DNA from: Catajapyx aquilonaris
Lineage: Eukaryota
Length of the DNA: 50,376 nucleotides
Direction: 5' to 3'
Assembly: GCA_000934665.2 (NCBI GenBank)
Contig: KZ538158.1
Coordinates: 62,001-112,376, forward strand
Positions 26,301-38,001 of the stretch are shown here, piece after piece. Numbering within the stretch: the first letter of the stretch is position 1; every line of letters starts with the position of its first letter. The notes under the pieces were generated by a model. The model saw only the letters and a list, made by a program, of their open reading frames with translations, did no database searches and was not told the DNA's origin. A program made the position numbers and the translations under genes.

Positions 26301-29082
26301 CTTTGGGGTGTGATTCAGTTGCGAAACATGGGAAGCTGCGATCTATCGCTGGGGTCCATGGAAGGTGGTTTGTTGCCAGGTTTTTGTGGTCTTTTCGCTC
26401 ATAATGTTTTGTTTCTGTTTGCAGAGGAGGATGAAAACCAGATATTTGTGAAGTTCTTTCGCTTCCACAAGTGCTACGACCTCATCCCCACTAGTGCCAA
26501 GCTGGTGGTCTTCGACACCCAACTTCTCGTCAAAAAGGCCTTTTTCGCCCTCGTGTACAATGGTTGGTTGATTAATGTTTGCGATGCACTGACCTGTGAA
26601 TACTGGACTAATGTGGTCTCTTTGTAGGTGTGCGTGCCGCTCCACTTTGGGACAGTCACCAGCAACAGTTTGTGGGTATGTTGACCATCACAGACTTCAT
26701 CAAGATTCTCCAGATGTATTACAAGAGTCCCTCGGTGCACATAGATGAGCTTGAAGAGCACAAGCTGGAGACGTGGAGGAGTAAGCATGCTTTGCTTCAG
26801 TTCTTTTTAGGATGTGGAGGATGGGTGTGACATGTTTGTCTCTGCAGGTGTTCTGAAGGGATTGGTGATGCCACTAGTCAGCATCGGACCAGATGCATCA
26901 CTACATGAAGCAATCAGGACCCTCATACACAATCGAATCCATCGCTTACCTGTGATAGACCCCGACACTGGCAACGTACTTTACATCCTCACCCACAAAC
27001 GGATTTTGCGCTTTCTCTTTCTCTATGTGAGTGTCATTATTTGCGGTTATTTGGCAAGGAGTGAGCCAATTATGAAACTGGTGCTCTAATTAACATTAAT
27101 GATCACCAAGTTTGCAGTGTGTTCATGTAATTGCTATGATACAGTGTACATCACTATTTTTTATTCTCAAAAGAAATGCCCCCTCGGTATTGACAATTTA
27201 ATTTAATGGTGCCTAATATGCAGCACATTACTCGGGTTTTCTTTGTTACGCACTTATACCTGCTTATTGTTGCGATGTTTGTGACTCGATGAATCAATGT
27301 GCCCTTCTCCATTTTCAGATTCATGATCTTCCTAAACCTAGTTATGTGAACAAGACGATAGGCGAGCTGAAGATAGGAACTTATGAAAACATTGAGACAG
27401 CAAGGGAAGACACCCCCATCATTGTTGCTCTCAAGAAGTTTGTTGAGAGGAGAGTGTCAGCCCTCCCAATTGTGGATGCCCAAGGAAAGCTGGTAGACAT
27501 CTTTGCGAAGTTTGACGTCATTGTAAGTAATTGTGCCACAGTCATTGTCTCAACAGCAACCGCAGGTCAGCAGCTCGTGTCACTATTAATATGGCTGATT
27601 TATACTCGTAGAACTTGGCAGCGGAGAAAACATACAACAATCTGGATGTGACCCTGAAAAAGGCTAACGAGCACCGAAATGAGTGGTTTGAGGGAGTGCA
27701 CAAGTGCAAGCTGGATGAAACACTTTACACTGCAATGGAAAAGGTTGTCAGGGCCGAGGTTGGTAGCAAATCCTGTCAGACTTGAACATTGTCTCTCGTT
27801 GCAAGTCTAACCAAATGGCAATTTTGTAGGTTCACAGGTTGGTGGTTGTGGATGATGAGGACAAAGTCATTGGGATCATCTCACTGTCCGACCTCCTGAC
27901 TTACCTGGTGCTCCGACCATGTGGTGAGTCGATTTTTTTAAAGTCAAAAAAATCAAGGTTGAGGGGGTAAAAGCCACTTAATTCAGTTGACTGCCATCAA
28001 CAATGCATTGGTGACGTGGAAAATTTTGGTTTCTCTCACAAAATAATGGTGTGTAGAGGAAGCTGGTGTATTATCACTGAAGCATTCCCTGGCTAATATG
28101 GTATTCATTATGAAGAAAGGATTTGTAGGGGCAGGTTTTTACAGCAGACGTGGGAACTCGTCATAATTCCATGCCTGGAGTTTTAATCTCCACAAATGCG
28201 AGCTGGAAAGTAGGACAGTGGAGAAATCCCTGCGGAACCATGAAAGTTTTGTTGCTCTGGGTATGCATTCATATCAATAATCCCTGCCCGTCAGTACTCG
28301 TGAGTCAAGGAAAAGCTTGCAGAAAGCTGAGAAAATAGCTGCGAAGGACATGCGCTGGATGTCCATACATTATGCATCGAGGATGCACAGGGAGGAAGTC
28401 TGCAGATATGTTGCGTAACTGGGTTGTATTATATCCCTGGTCATTTATATCCATACCAATAATTCATGAGGGAGGAAGAAATTGCTAAAGCTGGCATGTG
28501 TAATATTTAGAGGGAAGCTTGCGTTAGTACCTTTAGTTTGCACCTCAACTCTGCAATTGCAGGTGCGCTCAAAATGAGTGAAATTACTTAAACTGTCCAT
28601 AGAACAATGCTACAGTCTCAGTTATTTTCTTTTCTTAATAGTACTTATTTTAAACACGGAAATTGTTAATAGACAATCCATGGTCATAGGTATCATTCCC
28701 AACTCCCAAGCCTATATGATGGACAAAGCAAACAATGAAGTTTTTTCCCTTTCCTTTTACTGTTCTAGGTGAAGAGACACCCGAGTCAAGCTTGACAAAA
28801 TCCACCCAGCTGACATCACTTCAGCACTCTCGCCATTCCTCAGACACCTCGACCATTCCAGAGGAGGAGGCAGCAGGAAGCGATGAAGAGGAGGAGGGAG
28901 AAGGGAAGGACGACAGTGGAGTAGGTGATGAGGGAGGGGGAGTCATGGAAGTGGCTCGCAAGCAGGAGGTGGCAGTGATGGAGGATGAAACAGACGAGGA
29001 TGATATTGCAACCATTAATAATAAGTTGGCCCAGTTGAATGGGACTCAGTGTGTGGTTGCAGTTCAGCAGGGGGCTGACTGA
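917..29082 (+). CDS. SNF4Agamma: AMP-activated protein kinase gamma subunit, long isoform (14 coding exons, 693 aa)
   Basis: Hand-spliced, phase-consistent GT-AG exons: 917-1018, 1178-1274, 1353-1579, 5974-6186, 15453-15486, 20537-20667, 24064-24112, 26425-26562, 26628-26780, 26848-27026, 27319-27522, 27612-27758, 27830-27923, 28769-29082 (2082 nt). The translation contains [94 protein letters not shown] and VHRLVVVD, the four CBS repeats of AMPK gamma. The core is secure. The first two exons are inferred from phase compatibility and an in-frame TAA at 911 just before ATG 917. Confidence 0.9.
1353..1579 (+). CDS. SNF4Agamma: AMPK gamma N-terminal extension exon ([12 protein letters not shown])
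   Basis: Acceptor ttaacag at 1352, donor GTAAGC at 1580. The phase-0 end joins 5974. Ser/Arg-rich sequence typical of long insect SNF4Agamma isoforms. Confidence 0.85.
1699..1829. mobile_element. MITE-like element with about 50-bp imperfect terminal inverted repeats
   Basis: tggtgggaattaatggat...gagctt pairs with aagctc...atccattaattcccacca. The right end is CACTG followed by TA, as in Tc1/mariner-type ends. Confidence 0.7.
3763..3821 (-). mobile_element. Severely 5'-truncated retroposon insertion (LINE/SINE 3' end)
   Basis: A 17-bp TSD cagtcaaagtcactatt (3746-3762, 3822-3838) flanks 59 bp ending in (TAAA)n. The cccctaa...ggggt sequence resembles the tails of the two SINEs. Confidence 0.8.
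3919..4023. repeat. Short imperfect palindrome (MITE remnant or hairpin)
   Basis: ttgagtggtag..taatatt..cttttaaattcttc pairs with gaagaatttaaaag..aatatta..ctaccactcaa. Confidence 0.6.
4658..4923 (+). mobile_element. tRNA-derived SINE with a V-domain-like central region
   Basis: A box TGGCCGAGTGG, B box GAGTTCGATCC, (ATT)n tail, and a perfect 15-bp TSD gaattaatccagata at 4643-4657 and 4924-4938. Confidence 0.92.
5974..6186 (+). CDS. SNF4Agamma: AMPK gamma N-terminal extension exon ([17 protein letters not shown])
   Basis: Acceptor ttttttgcag, donor GTGAGT at 6187. Open frame, phase 0/0. Confidence 0.85.
8311..8368. repeat. (AT)n microsatellite
   Basis: Directly visible. Confidence 0.95.
15065..15256 (+). 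CDS. SNF4Agamma: Alternative first coding exon of AMPK gamma ([11 protein letters not shown]...KPRSRSLDP...NNGIT)
   Basis: ATG at 15065, open to a GTAAGG donor at 15257 (phase 0), which matches the phase-0 microexon 15453-15486. Shares the RSRSLD motif with the 19628 exon. Confidence 0.7.
15453..15486 (+). CDS. SNF4Agamma: 34-nt microexon of AMPK gamma ([11 protein letters not shown])
   Basis: Acceptor ttctgcttacag and a perfect CAG|GTAAGT donor. It converts phase 0 to phase 1, exactly as needed to join exon 5974-6186 to exon 20537-20667. Confidence 0.8.
18079..18217. other. Assembly gap (N run) flanked by poly-G
   Basis: N characters in the sequence. Confidence 0.99.
19628..20027 (+). CDS. 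SNF4Agamma: Alternative first coding exon of AMPK gamma (MAMATRS...RIRSRSLDS...[11 protein letters not shown])
   Basis: GC-rich open frame from ATG 19628 to the AAG|GTGCGT donor at 20028 (phase 1), compatible with the exon at 20537. Confidence 0.8.
20537..20667 (+). CDS. SNF4Agamma: AMPK gamma exon ([14 protein letters not shown]...[11 protein letters not shown])
   Basis: Acceptor ccttccttttggacag, donor GTATGT at 20668. The conserved [11 protein letters not shown] joins LPVADPFL at 24064. Confidence 0.9.
23488..23606 (+). CDS. Tentative alternative first exon of AMPK gamma (..[35 protein letters not shown])
   Basis: Protein-like frame ending at AGG|GTACGA (23607, phase 0), which fits exon 24064. 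As assembled the frame has no ATG; one extra G in the G7 run at 23494-23500 would put ATG 23488 and ATG 23413 in frame. Confidence 0.5.
24953..25094 (+). CDS. Tentative alternative first exon of a short AMPK gamma isoform ([22 protein letters not shown]...LSEVLVR)
   Basis: ATG 24953 is open to a GAG|GTAGGC donor at 25095 (phase 1) that joins exon 26425 in frame. TATAAA at 24825-24830 lies upstream. Confidence 0.5.
25301..25577. repeat. Long foldback inverted repeat (arms about 135 bp, very short loop) in an AMPK gamma intron
   Basis: The left arm ccagccaatcacgaaccgcgctttcaaggccaccagtgag..atcacaatcactgacgtcactg is the reverse complement of the right arm, with long perfect stretches. Confidence 0.92.
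26425..27923 (+). CDS. SNF4Agamma: AMPK gamma core: six exons encoding CBS1-CBS4 (two Bateman modules)
   Basis: Recognisable AMPK gamma sequence: [64 protein letters not shown]. All introns are GT-AG. Confidence 0.98.
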
Positions 29083-30558
29083 ACGGAGGATGCTGAGTGT
29101 TAGGCTCTTTTTTCCTTTTTCCAAGGGGGGGGGATAACGAGGTGATTGGTCAGGGCAAAATAACAAAAGGAGAAGTGTGTGAGGTGGAGAAAAAAAAAAG
29201 TTCCAAGAAACTACCTCCCAGTGCTTGTCCTTTGTTCCCTGCGTGGTTAAGTTTATACGAGTCTACGAGTGTTATCCCTAATCCTCTCTTGCTCCCCAAC
29301 TTACATCTCAGCCACCTCGAGTTTGTTTCTTTTAAGTGTCTTCTCAAGGCACTACTGATCCCCCAAGAACTGAACTCACTTTTCAATTTGTGCCCGGTAC
29401 ATTATCGGTTTTTTTGTGCCATAGTGCTTATATTTTTGTTCACTTTGGATGTGCTTGTGACCACTCAGTTTACTCTCCAATACAGAAGCAAGAATATAAT
29501 AGCATAGGCAAAAAAGGAAAAGGTGCCAAATTTTTTTCTCCAAATCTTGTTTACGCAACTGTCATATTTCAAGGAAGGAAAAAAAAAGTACAACTTCTTA
29601 GCCTCTGGAGGCCGACATTTTCAGGGCAGTTAGGCCAGACTTCAGTTTATACCCACTATAAAGAAATGTGACCTTGTGCACATGCAACAAAGGAAGGGAT
29701 ATGGAACAAATCATATAAAGGGAAAACCTGAGCCAAGTCGCCATTTCACATTCCCAAGTCCTTAGGATGTCACCCGCTACCTTGATTTATTACGTAGACC
29801 TCTCAGTAATTAAGTGTACCGTACGTGTGAAAAATGAGACCAAGAATTATTTGCAGTGTGAAATGGTGACTCAATTTTGTTACTTAGGGTCCTGTGGTTT
29901 ATATGTCTTGAGCTCAACCATAATGCAGGAAAGTGTACAGTACCTCCAATCGGTACAGGTTCTGGTTTTTAATTATCCATAGAGTTGTACATAGTTTTGC
30001 TTGCTAGTCTCCCCCCAACCTCAACCTCCCCCTCCCCACAATCCCCAGTCCATCCCAAATTCCTACCCTTATTACAGTTTACCTGTTTAAAACCCACCTT
30101 GCAATGAAGATGTGAACCGGGTCATTATGCCTTTTGTAAAAAAATAATAATAATAAAGTAAAAATATATAAGAAATTATTGACGCCTCGCCATGGCATTG
30201 GATCATGATGTATCAACAGTTCAAAAAGAATCCTGACGCGTGGCTCGACGCAACGGGACAATTCTTTTTGAACTGATGATACGCAAAGCATAGGTACGTA
30301 CATGGAGAGATAGAGAGAAAAAATGTAAGCGTCTCATGTGTGCTGTTATTTACTAGAACGTCTCCAATTACACGTGAGTGGGAAAGCAGCATCGTAACGA
30401 TGTACAGTTTTTTTGTTTGTACAGATTTTCCTAGTGTGGTATATATAGTTCGTGTTCAAGAACTTATCCGTCAATATGGACTGCATATAATTTTTGTAAA
30501 ACTAGCTCAGAGCGGATAAGAAGCTTCAATATACTTTTAAGTACCTGCAAATGGACAG

Positions 30559-30564
30559 AATAAA
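30559..30564 (+). promoter_or_regulatory. Candidate polyadenylation signal for AMPK gamma (3' UTR about 1.5 kb)
   Basis: AATAAA followed by T/GT-rich sequence. Other AATAAA sites occur at 30152, 30858 and 31245, so the site used is uncertain. Confidence 0.35.
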
Positions 30565-30758
30565 GAATAGGAAGTTTCATAAATGTTATGATAAGTGTTG
30601 AGAAAATGTTCGTTGCTGGGAACATGAGTGATTTTTCCTGAAGAGGACCAGATCCTTCATCTAGGCAAGATCAAGCCAAGTGGTGAAGGACACACAAGAG
30701 GTGAGAAAACTTGGGGGAAGAAAGACACTAGTTACCTGCTATCATCTCTTTTTTATTA

Positions 30759-30830
30759 TAATAACAATAACAACAACAACAATAATAATAATAATAATAA
30801 TAATATAATAATAATAATAATAATAATAAT
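30759..30830. repeat. (AAC)n/(AAT)n microsatellite
   Basis: Directly visible. Confidence 0.95.
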
Positions 30831-31474
30831 AGCCTTCATATTTCTTAAGTGCCAGTGAATAAAATATATCATTTTTCCCATGCTTGCAGCTACAAAGACG
30901 TAGAGATTTTCCATCCTGAATGGTACAGTACATGTACGGTACTGATTGAAGAAGAATTAGGAGCTGCCCTGGCCGGACGGCCCTACAGCCCACAGTACAA
31001 TTATATAGGTACTGTTCAGGCTGGAAAGTCTGAAATCAAATCACCTACAGTAATCTCCAATTCTGTGCATGATCATATGCTGCGTAATCGAATGGTAATT
31101 TAATGATGTTTAGTATAGCATTCCTAACAAATAGGCTATTCAATATCAACAGAAGGGTGTGATTTGCCTTATAATTTTGCCCACATTTATAGCATCAGGT
31201 GATTGGATATTAATTAGCTGGCTGCATTGTCAAATGCAATCCCAAATAAAATCTGTGGTGACATGTATACAGTATAATATGCATGTGTGCTGTAACTGCC
31301 TCTGAAACAATTGGCGTTCATGATACTGATCCAAGGGTTTAATATACATAAGTTAATTATATACCATATCGCTTAGAAATATATTACATAGAGCACGATA
31401 AGAATACCACTGATAATGACAAACCTGCCGACTATAAAGGGATCATGGGTAACTAAATAAGTAGGCCCGCAGTA

Positions 31475-32871
31475 TTAATATTTGCAGCCATGTTCCGCGT
31501 CTCTGAACTGCACAAGTACAATCAAGTACGTCGTTACGGAACCAGCAATCTGGAATAATAAATATCTTTTACTCTTTGAGCACGTTCAAGCAGCTGATTT
31601 ACTCACAGCAGTCAGCAGACCATGATCAACTGCGAAGAACTTAGCAGCCGTGACGATTATGGGAGGACCAGACATTTTTTGAATCAAGCCCTGGATCTGC
31701 ATCTGACAGTCTGGACTCAAACTGGATGTTCGAACTCTGATGAGGTGCTTCAGAGGTTTTGTGGCCTGAAATCAGCAGTTTAATTATTTTGCGAATGGAA
31801 ATGTGCTGTAACGAGCATTGAAGCCAATATTGGCAATACTTCTCAAGAGAGACGTTGGTACATTTGATATTTTCTTGAGAATTAGCATATCGATATCATT
31901 AAACGATCACAAACCTTGATTGGAAGTCGGCCGAGCGCAGAAGTCATGATGATGATAGACGCTATTTCCTGTATAATTGCAACGATGTGCACCAGATGAA
32001 TCGCTCCATTTAGATCACTTAACATGTGGAAAATAATGAAGAAACCGTACGCAACAATGCCAATCGTGGCGTAACAGTAGTACAAGACCAGAAAAGGACT
32101 GTAGATGCTCTCAAGATCTTCAATCACGTCGCAAAGCTCGAAAAACACGCTCCCCAGTTTGGAAATGTCCGATTCTCTCGCAGCCATCAAGACCTGTTCA
32201 TCTTCTCGAGGAAATATATCTTGTAGTGTTGTACAAATCTTGATAATTTCTGTGCTGAGTGTATCGAGTCTCTTTCCAACAGACATGGCAAAGAAGGTGA
32301 TTTGATACAACAGGGTCTTAATCAGCACAATGTTATTTGAAGTGAACCACATGTAGTAGACATCCGAGAAGTGGTACATGTGGTCGTCTATTGTTTTCAC
32401 GACAAAAAACAGTAGTAGCACAAATACAATGTGCGTAACAAATAGTGCCACACGAACTCTCATTATCTGGTTAATCGTTGCGCTGTTTGGGAACAATTTG
32501 TCCAGAGCGCACAAATTCTCCAAAACTTCGCAAACACGGTCGGACCTAGTGATTATGATCGCATACATCACGCTGCCTAACATGAGCCTTGCCAACAATC
32601 CGAACAAGACGGTGGTGTCTGTTGCTGTCCCGCCTCTTTTTCCTATGATGAACACCTGGGGCGGCTGAGGCACTGAGCAGACGATGAATCCGACCACGAC
32701 CAGTGAATAGGAGAGAGTGAAGAGCTTCCTGAAGCAGGACTTGTCATGGTGCTTCTTCAGAGGCCAAGGAAGAAGACCAGTGGCGGCTGAGATGAGTCCA
32801 AGGGGTTTGAAGGCCCAAAAGGCATCTGTCTCCTCGCATTTGGAAACGGCTGCTATTCGACCCAACCTCAT
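31475..32871 (-). CDS. Gustatory receptor (7tm_7 family), copy 1, about 396 aa
   Basis: Exons 32871-31915, 31765-31607, 31549-31475, joined by phase-0 GT-AG introns. Multiple hydrophobic helices. TAAKFFAVDHGLL|IAGSVTTYLIVLVQF contains the Gr C-terminal TYhhhhhQF signature. Confidence 0.92.
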
Positions 32872-33036
32872 GTTGGAAACTGACGAAGAGTATTGTGGGA
32901 TTATGTGACACTATTGTTATCTTATTCTCTGTCAGTTGATTGGTTATTAAGTATGTGAGTGATGATGTGAATGTGGCATGTGGAAAAGTGAATATCAAGT
33001 GCAAACATTAACAGACTGGCATGGTGAAATGGGTCT

Positions 33037-34429
33037 TCAATGTGATGTAGAGTTGACAGCCGATTTGTTGACAAGTTCAGAAGTTCTAAATTGGACCAGA
33101 ATTATTAAATATGTAGTGACGGTTCCGGCAATCTGCAGTAAAAAAAAGAAGTTAATACAGTGAAATAATCGGGGTTCATGTTGACTTACAGATGTTAGCA
33201 AACTACGGTCGACTCCAAAGAAATCAGCTGCTGTAACGGAGACAGCAGGTCCGGACATTTTCTGGATCAAAGCTTGGATCTGCATTTGACTTTCCACATC
33301 ACTGGATCTCACATTTAGTAAGTGCTGCAATGGCTGCCTTGCCTTAATAATGGAATTATTAAATTAACCGTTTTAAAAATCGCATGTGTATATAGTTGAC
33401 AAATATCGTAACGACTGAACCCCCTACCTTTAGAGTGAGGTTTCCCAGGATAGTAGTCAAAATCACTACTGAAATAACTTCCAGAACGATCGCAACAAGG
33501 TGAATCGTGAATACCGCACATGATTCTATGGGAAAGTATATCCCAATGAAGAAAAATATTACTAGCTTAACAGCAAAATTGGTGTAGCAGATTGCAAGGA
33601 AAGGAGAATAAACATTTTCGATGTTATTAATCAGGTTGCATACCTCAAAGTATACATAGCCCAACCTAGACAAACTTGTTCCATTTTCTCTTTGGTTCTT
33701 CCCAGCCCTCTTAGAATCTACTTCCCACGGAAACATCTTACGAAGTGATGAGCAGTGGTTAATAATTTTAGAATTGACGTCATCTAGATGCATTCCAACT
33801 GTCGCAGCAAAAAATGCAACCTGGCACAAAATGACCTTATTCGCCAAACCGTTCAGAGCTATGAAGTATGCCCGGAAGATGTCCGCAAAATTGTAGCTCT
33901 CCACTGCTAGGAAATGTCCCAAAAAATATATCAAACCGTAGAACACGGAATAAAAGCATCCTATTGTAGCCTTTACGCGCATTGTTTTGCTGATCTCAAC
34001 ATTGGGTGCAAGATGGTCAAGACGGAATATATTTTCCAAAATGGCGTAAACAGAATTAGCTTTAGCAGCAGTGACGAGGTTGTTAACACTTTCCGTGAAC
34101 GTGATCAAAATGAATACAATCACGTAGCATATGTCGTTCAAATCTAAGATCCCAGTGAACGCGTAGAACGTCAAAATGAATTGGGAAATGCTGGCAGCCA
34201 CCCAGAGAAAGATGTGAACATACGACACACTTTGCACGAGACACTTTCTGGTGGCCCGAGTGCATTGTCTTTGGCAGCAGACAGAAGGACGTGGCAGGAG
34301 ACCAACTGCTGCAGAGATCAGACCCAGAGGCTTGAACGACCAGAATGTGTCAAAAGTCACTTCCTTTTCTTCATTGCTGGTCCAGGCCAGGTTGTACCCC
34401 CTACGTGCTGCTGACATCTTGGCTGCCAT
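33037..34429 (-). CDS. Gustatory receptor, copy 2, about 416 aa
   Basis: Exons 34429-33428, 33342-33190, 33132-33037. TAADFFGVDRSLLTS|IAGTVTTYLIILVQF. Confidence 0.92.
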
Positions 34430-34719
34430 CCTCTTTTGACCTACGTCAAGCACTCCCACAACCTTGCTGGAACCTTGACTAAATTACATTAAAAAAATAT
34501 TGGCCATGTCTTTTGTCGTGGTTATTTGTTTTAGAACTGTTCATTCTGTCAATGTCAAGAAGTTACATAACTGCTATACATGTCCTTCCACTGGGTGTGG
34601 GTTTAATTGTATGGTTGTAGAATATCGATTTTTATTGAAGATATGTGGAATAATTTATTGCGCTTTTTGGTAGCGCGACCCCTTTTAGGGCGGATTTTAT
34701 TGATAAGGAAACTTGGTTT

Positions 34720-36092
34720 TCATTGCGATGTAGAATTGACAGTCGGTTTGTTGACAAGTTCTGAAGTTCTGAACTGGACCAGAATTATTAAATATGTAGC
34801 GACAGTTCCAGCAATCTGCGGCAAAGAAATAAACAAGATGTTAATCCCGGATACGATGAAATACTCGTAGTTCCTGTTGACTTACAGAAGTCAGCAAACT
34901 TCGGTCGACTCTAAAGAAGTTTGCTGCTGTAACGGAGGCAGCAGATCCGGACATTTTCTGGATCAAAGCCTGGATCTGCATTTGGCATTCCACATCACTG
35001 GATCTCACCTTGAGTAGGTGCTTCAATGGCTCCGTTGCCTTGAAAATAATGATGGAATGTTTAAATTTTTATCACGTGTTGTGTAGTTGAGGAAAGGACC
35101 GAAAGATTAAACTCTACCTTTAGAGTGAGGTTTCCCAGGACGTAAGTCAAAATCACTACTGAAATAATCTCCTGAAGGACAACAACTTGAAACATGAACA
35201 TGACCGATGTTTTCATGTTAACGTATATCACCATGAAGAAAAATACTACTAGCTTCATAATGAAAATGGTGTAGTATATTGCAAGGAAAGGAGAGTACGC
35301 ATTTTCGATATCACCAATCAGGTTGCAAACTTCAAAGTACATATAGCCCAACTTAGAAAAACATTTGCCATTCTCGCCTTGATTTTGCCCTGCCCTCGTG
35401 GAGTCGTCTTCGTACAGAAACATTGTACGAAATGATGAACACGCGTCAATAATTTTAGAATTGACACCATCCAGGTGCATCCCAACTGTCACTGCGAAAA
35501 ATAAGACCTGGCACAAAATAACCATATTCGCCAATTCGTTCAAAGCTATGTGCCCAAAATTTTCACCCTCCACTGCTAGGAAGTTTCCCACAAAATATAT
35601 CAAAGCGACTAACACGGAAAAAACGCATGATGTTATGGCCCGGACCCGCATTTTTTTGCTGATCTCCATCACTTTGGGTGCACACTGGTCCAGACGGAAT
35701 ATATTTTCCAAAATGACATAAACACTGTTAGCCTTAGCAGTAGTGATTAGGTTAATAACACTTTCCATCGACGTGACCAAAATGAATCTAATAAAGTAGC
35801 ATATTCCGCTCAATTCTAAGCTCCCATGAAACGCATTATGCATCACATAGGATTGGCAGATGATGACAGCCACCCAGAGAGAGACGTGAACATACGACAC
35901 ACGTTGCACGAGACACTTTCTAGTGACCTGAGTGCAGTGTCTTTGGCAGCAGAGAGCAGGCCGTGGCAGGAGACCAACTGCTGCAGATATCAGACCCAGA
36001 GGCTTGAACGACCAGAATGTGCCAAGGCTCACTTCCTCTTCTTCCTTGCTGGTCCAAGCCAGGTTGTGCTCCCGACGTGCTTCTCCCATCAT
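34720..36092 (-). CDS. Gustatory receptor, copy 3, about 407 aa
   Basis: Exons 36092-35118, 35038-34886, 34815-34720. TAANFFRVDRSLLTS|IAGTVATYLIILVQF. Confidence 0.92.
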
Positions 36093-36369
36093 TTTGCGAC
36101 CTACGTGTAGCCCTCACACAGAATGGACAGTCTCCTTGCAGTAAACATGCCTAAAATATTAACCGACATCAAAAAGGAAATCGACCACGTATACATGTCT
36201 TGTTTTTTGGCGTGGTTTTCTGTATAGTTCCAGTAGGCTACTGGCCATCTGTTAATGCCAAGAAGATAAATGACAGCTTTATGCGCTGCCATTGAATGAG
36301 ACTTTTTCTGTAGTTTCAGTAACTGGCCCTCTGTTGATGCCAAGAAGATAAATGACAGTGCGGCCACGA

Positions 36370-36497
36370 GGGCCGGTTTCACCGAGCTCGGTATATGATA
36401 AAACCAGGGTTCTTTCGGAAAATCCCTGTACATATTTGTATGGATTTTCCTAAAGAAACCTGGTTTTATCATATACCGAGCTCGGTGAAACCTACCC
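36370..36497. mobile_element. Palindromic MITE, PIF/Harbinger (Tourist)-like
   Basis: GGG...CCC termini and near-perfect arms ggtttcaccgagctcggtatatgataaaaccagg. TAA flanks the right end; the left flank is CGA, so the TSD is imperfect. Confidence 0.75.
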
Positions 36498-36603
36498 TAA
36501 GCACGTGAGTGATGACGTGAAAGAGGCGTACAGTACCTGTATGCAAAAGCGAATATCAAGTGTAAACATTACCGTAACAGTTTGGCATGGTGTCATTGGG
36601 CCT

Positions 36604-38001
36604 TTAATGGGTTGTAGAATTGACACTTGCTTTGTTGGCAAGTTCCGAAGTTCTGAACTGGACCAGAATTATTAAATATGTAGCGACGGTTCCAGCAATC
36701 TGCGGCGAAAAATTAACAAGAGGTCAATACAATTAAATAATCGTAGATCATGTTGACTTACAGATGTTAGCAAACTGCGGTCGACGCCAAAAAAGTTTGC
36801 TGCTGTAACGGAGACAGCAGGTCCGGACATCTTCTGAATCAAAGCCTGGATCCGCATTTGACATTCCACATCACTAGATCTCACTTTGAGTAAATGCTTC
36901 AATGGCTGCCTTGTCTTGGAAATACCGGCAATGACGGAACGTTTAAATATACAATTCGTAAAAATTATCTAAATCCAATCCCAGCATGTGAGGTTGAGCA
37001 AATGTACGGTATGAACCACTAACCTTTAGAGAAAGTTTTCCCAGGACGGAAGTCAAAATGACGGCTGCGATTATCTCCTGAACGATTCCAACAATGTGAA
37101 TCGTGAATCCCGCAGATGTGCTGATGCTATACATGGCCCTGAATAAAAATACCACTAGCTTCACAACAAAATTGGTGTAGTAGATTGCAAGGAAAGGAGA
37201 ATACGCATTCTCTATGTCATCAATCAAGTTGCAGACTTCGAAGTAATTATAGCCCAATCTAGATAAACTTGTTCCTTTCTCGCCTCGATTCTGCTCTGCC
37301 TTCTTGGAGTCCTCTTCCCTCAGAAACATCTTATGAAGTGATGCACAGTGGTCAATAATTTTAGAATTGATATCATCCAAGTGCATTCCAACTGTCGCTG
37401 CAAAAAATGCGACCTGGCACAAAATAATCCTATTCGCAAAGTCATTCAAGGCTAGGAAGCATGTGAGGTACATAAACCAAAAACCGTCCGCTGCTATGAA
37501 ATTTCCCGTAAAAGACATCAAACCGACAAACACTGAATAAGCGCATGATATTATGGCCCAAACCCGCATTGTTTTGCTGATCTCCACTTTGGGCGCATAC
37601 TGGTCCAGACGGAATATATTTTCCAAAATCACGTAAACAGAATTAGCTTTAGCAGCAGTGACTACGTTTATAACACTGTCCATCGACGTGATCAAAAAAC
37701 CTATAACGGTGCATATGCCGTTCAAATCTAAGCTTCCGTAAAACGCAAGGTGCATCAAATAGGATTTGCAGATGATGACAGCCACCCAGAGAAAGACGTG
37801 AACATACGACACACGTTGTACCATGCACTTTCTGGTGGCCCCAGTGCATTGTCTTTGGCAGCAAAGAGCAGGCCGTGGCAGGAGACCAACTGCTGCAGAG
37901 ATCAGACCCAGAGGCTTGAACGACCAGAATGTGTCAAAGTTCAGCTCCTTTTCCTCCTTGCTGGTCCAGGCCGAGCTGTTCCTCCTACGTGCTTCTGCCA
38001 T
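36604..38001 (-). CDS. Gustatory receptor, copy 4, about 408 aa
   Basis: Exons 38001-37024, 36914-36762, 36699-36604. Same exon plan and TYLIILVQF motif. Confidence 0.92.

Noticed and set aside
30628..30993. Poly-Asn/Ile/Tyr ORFs (and YIYIYI at 8196-8402)
   Set aside because: Translations of microsatellites.
33133..33189. 57-nt stop-free in-frame last intron of Gr copy 2 (possible retained intron)
   Set aside because: Paralogous introns are 70 and 62 nt and not frame-preserving, so this is probably coincidence.
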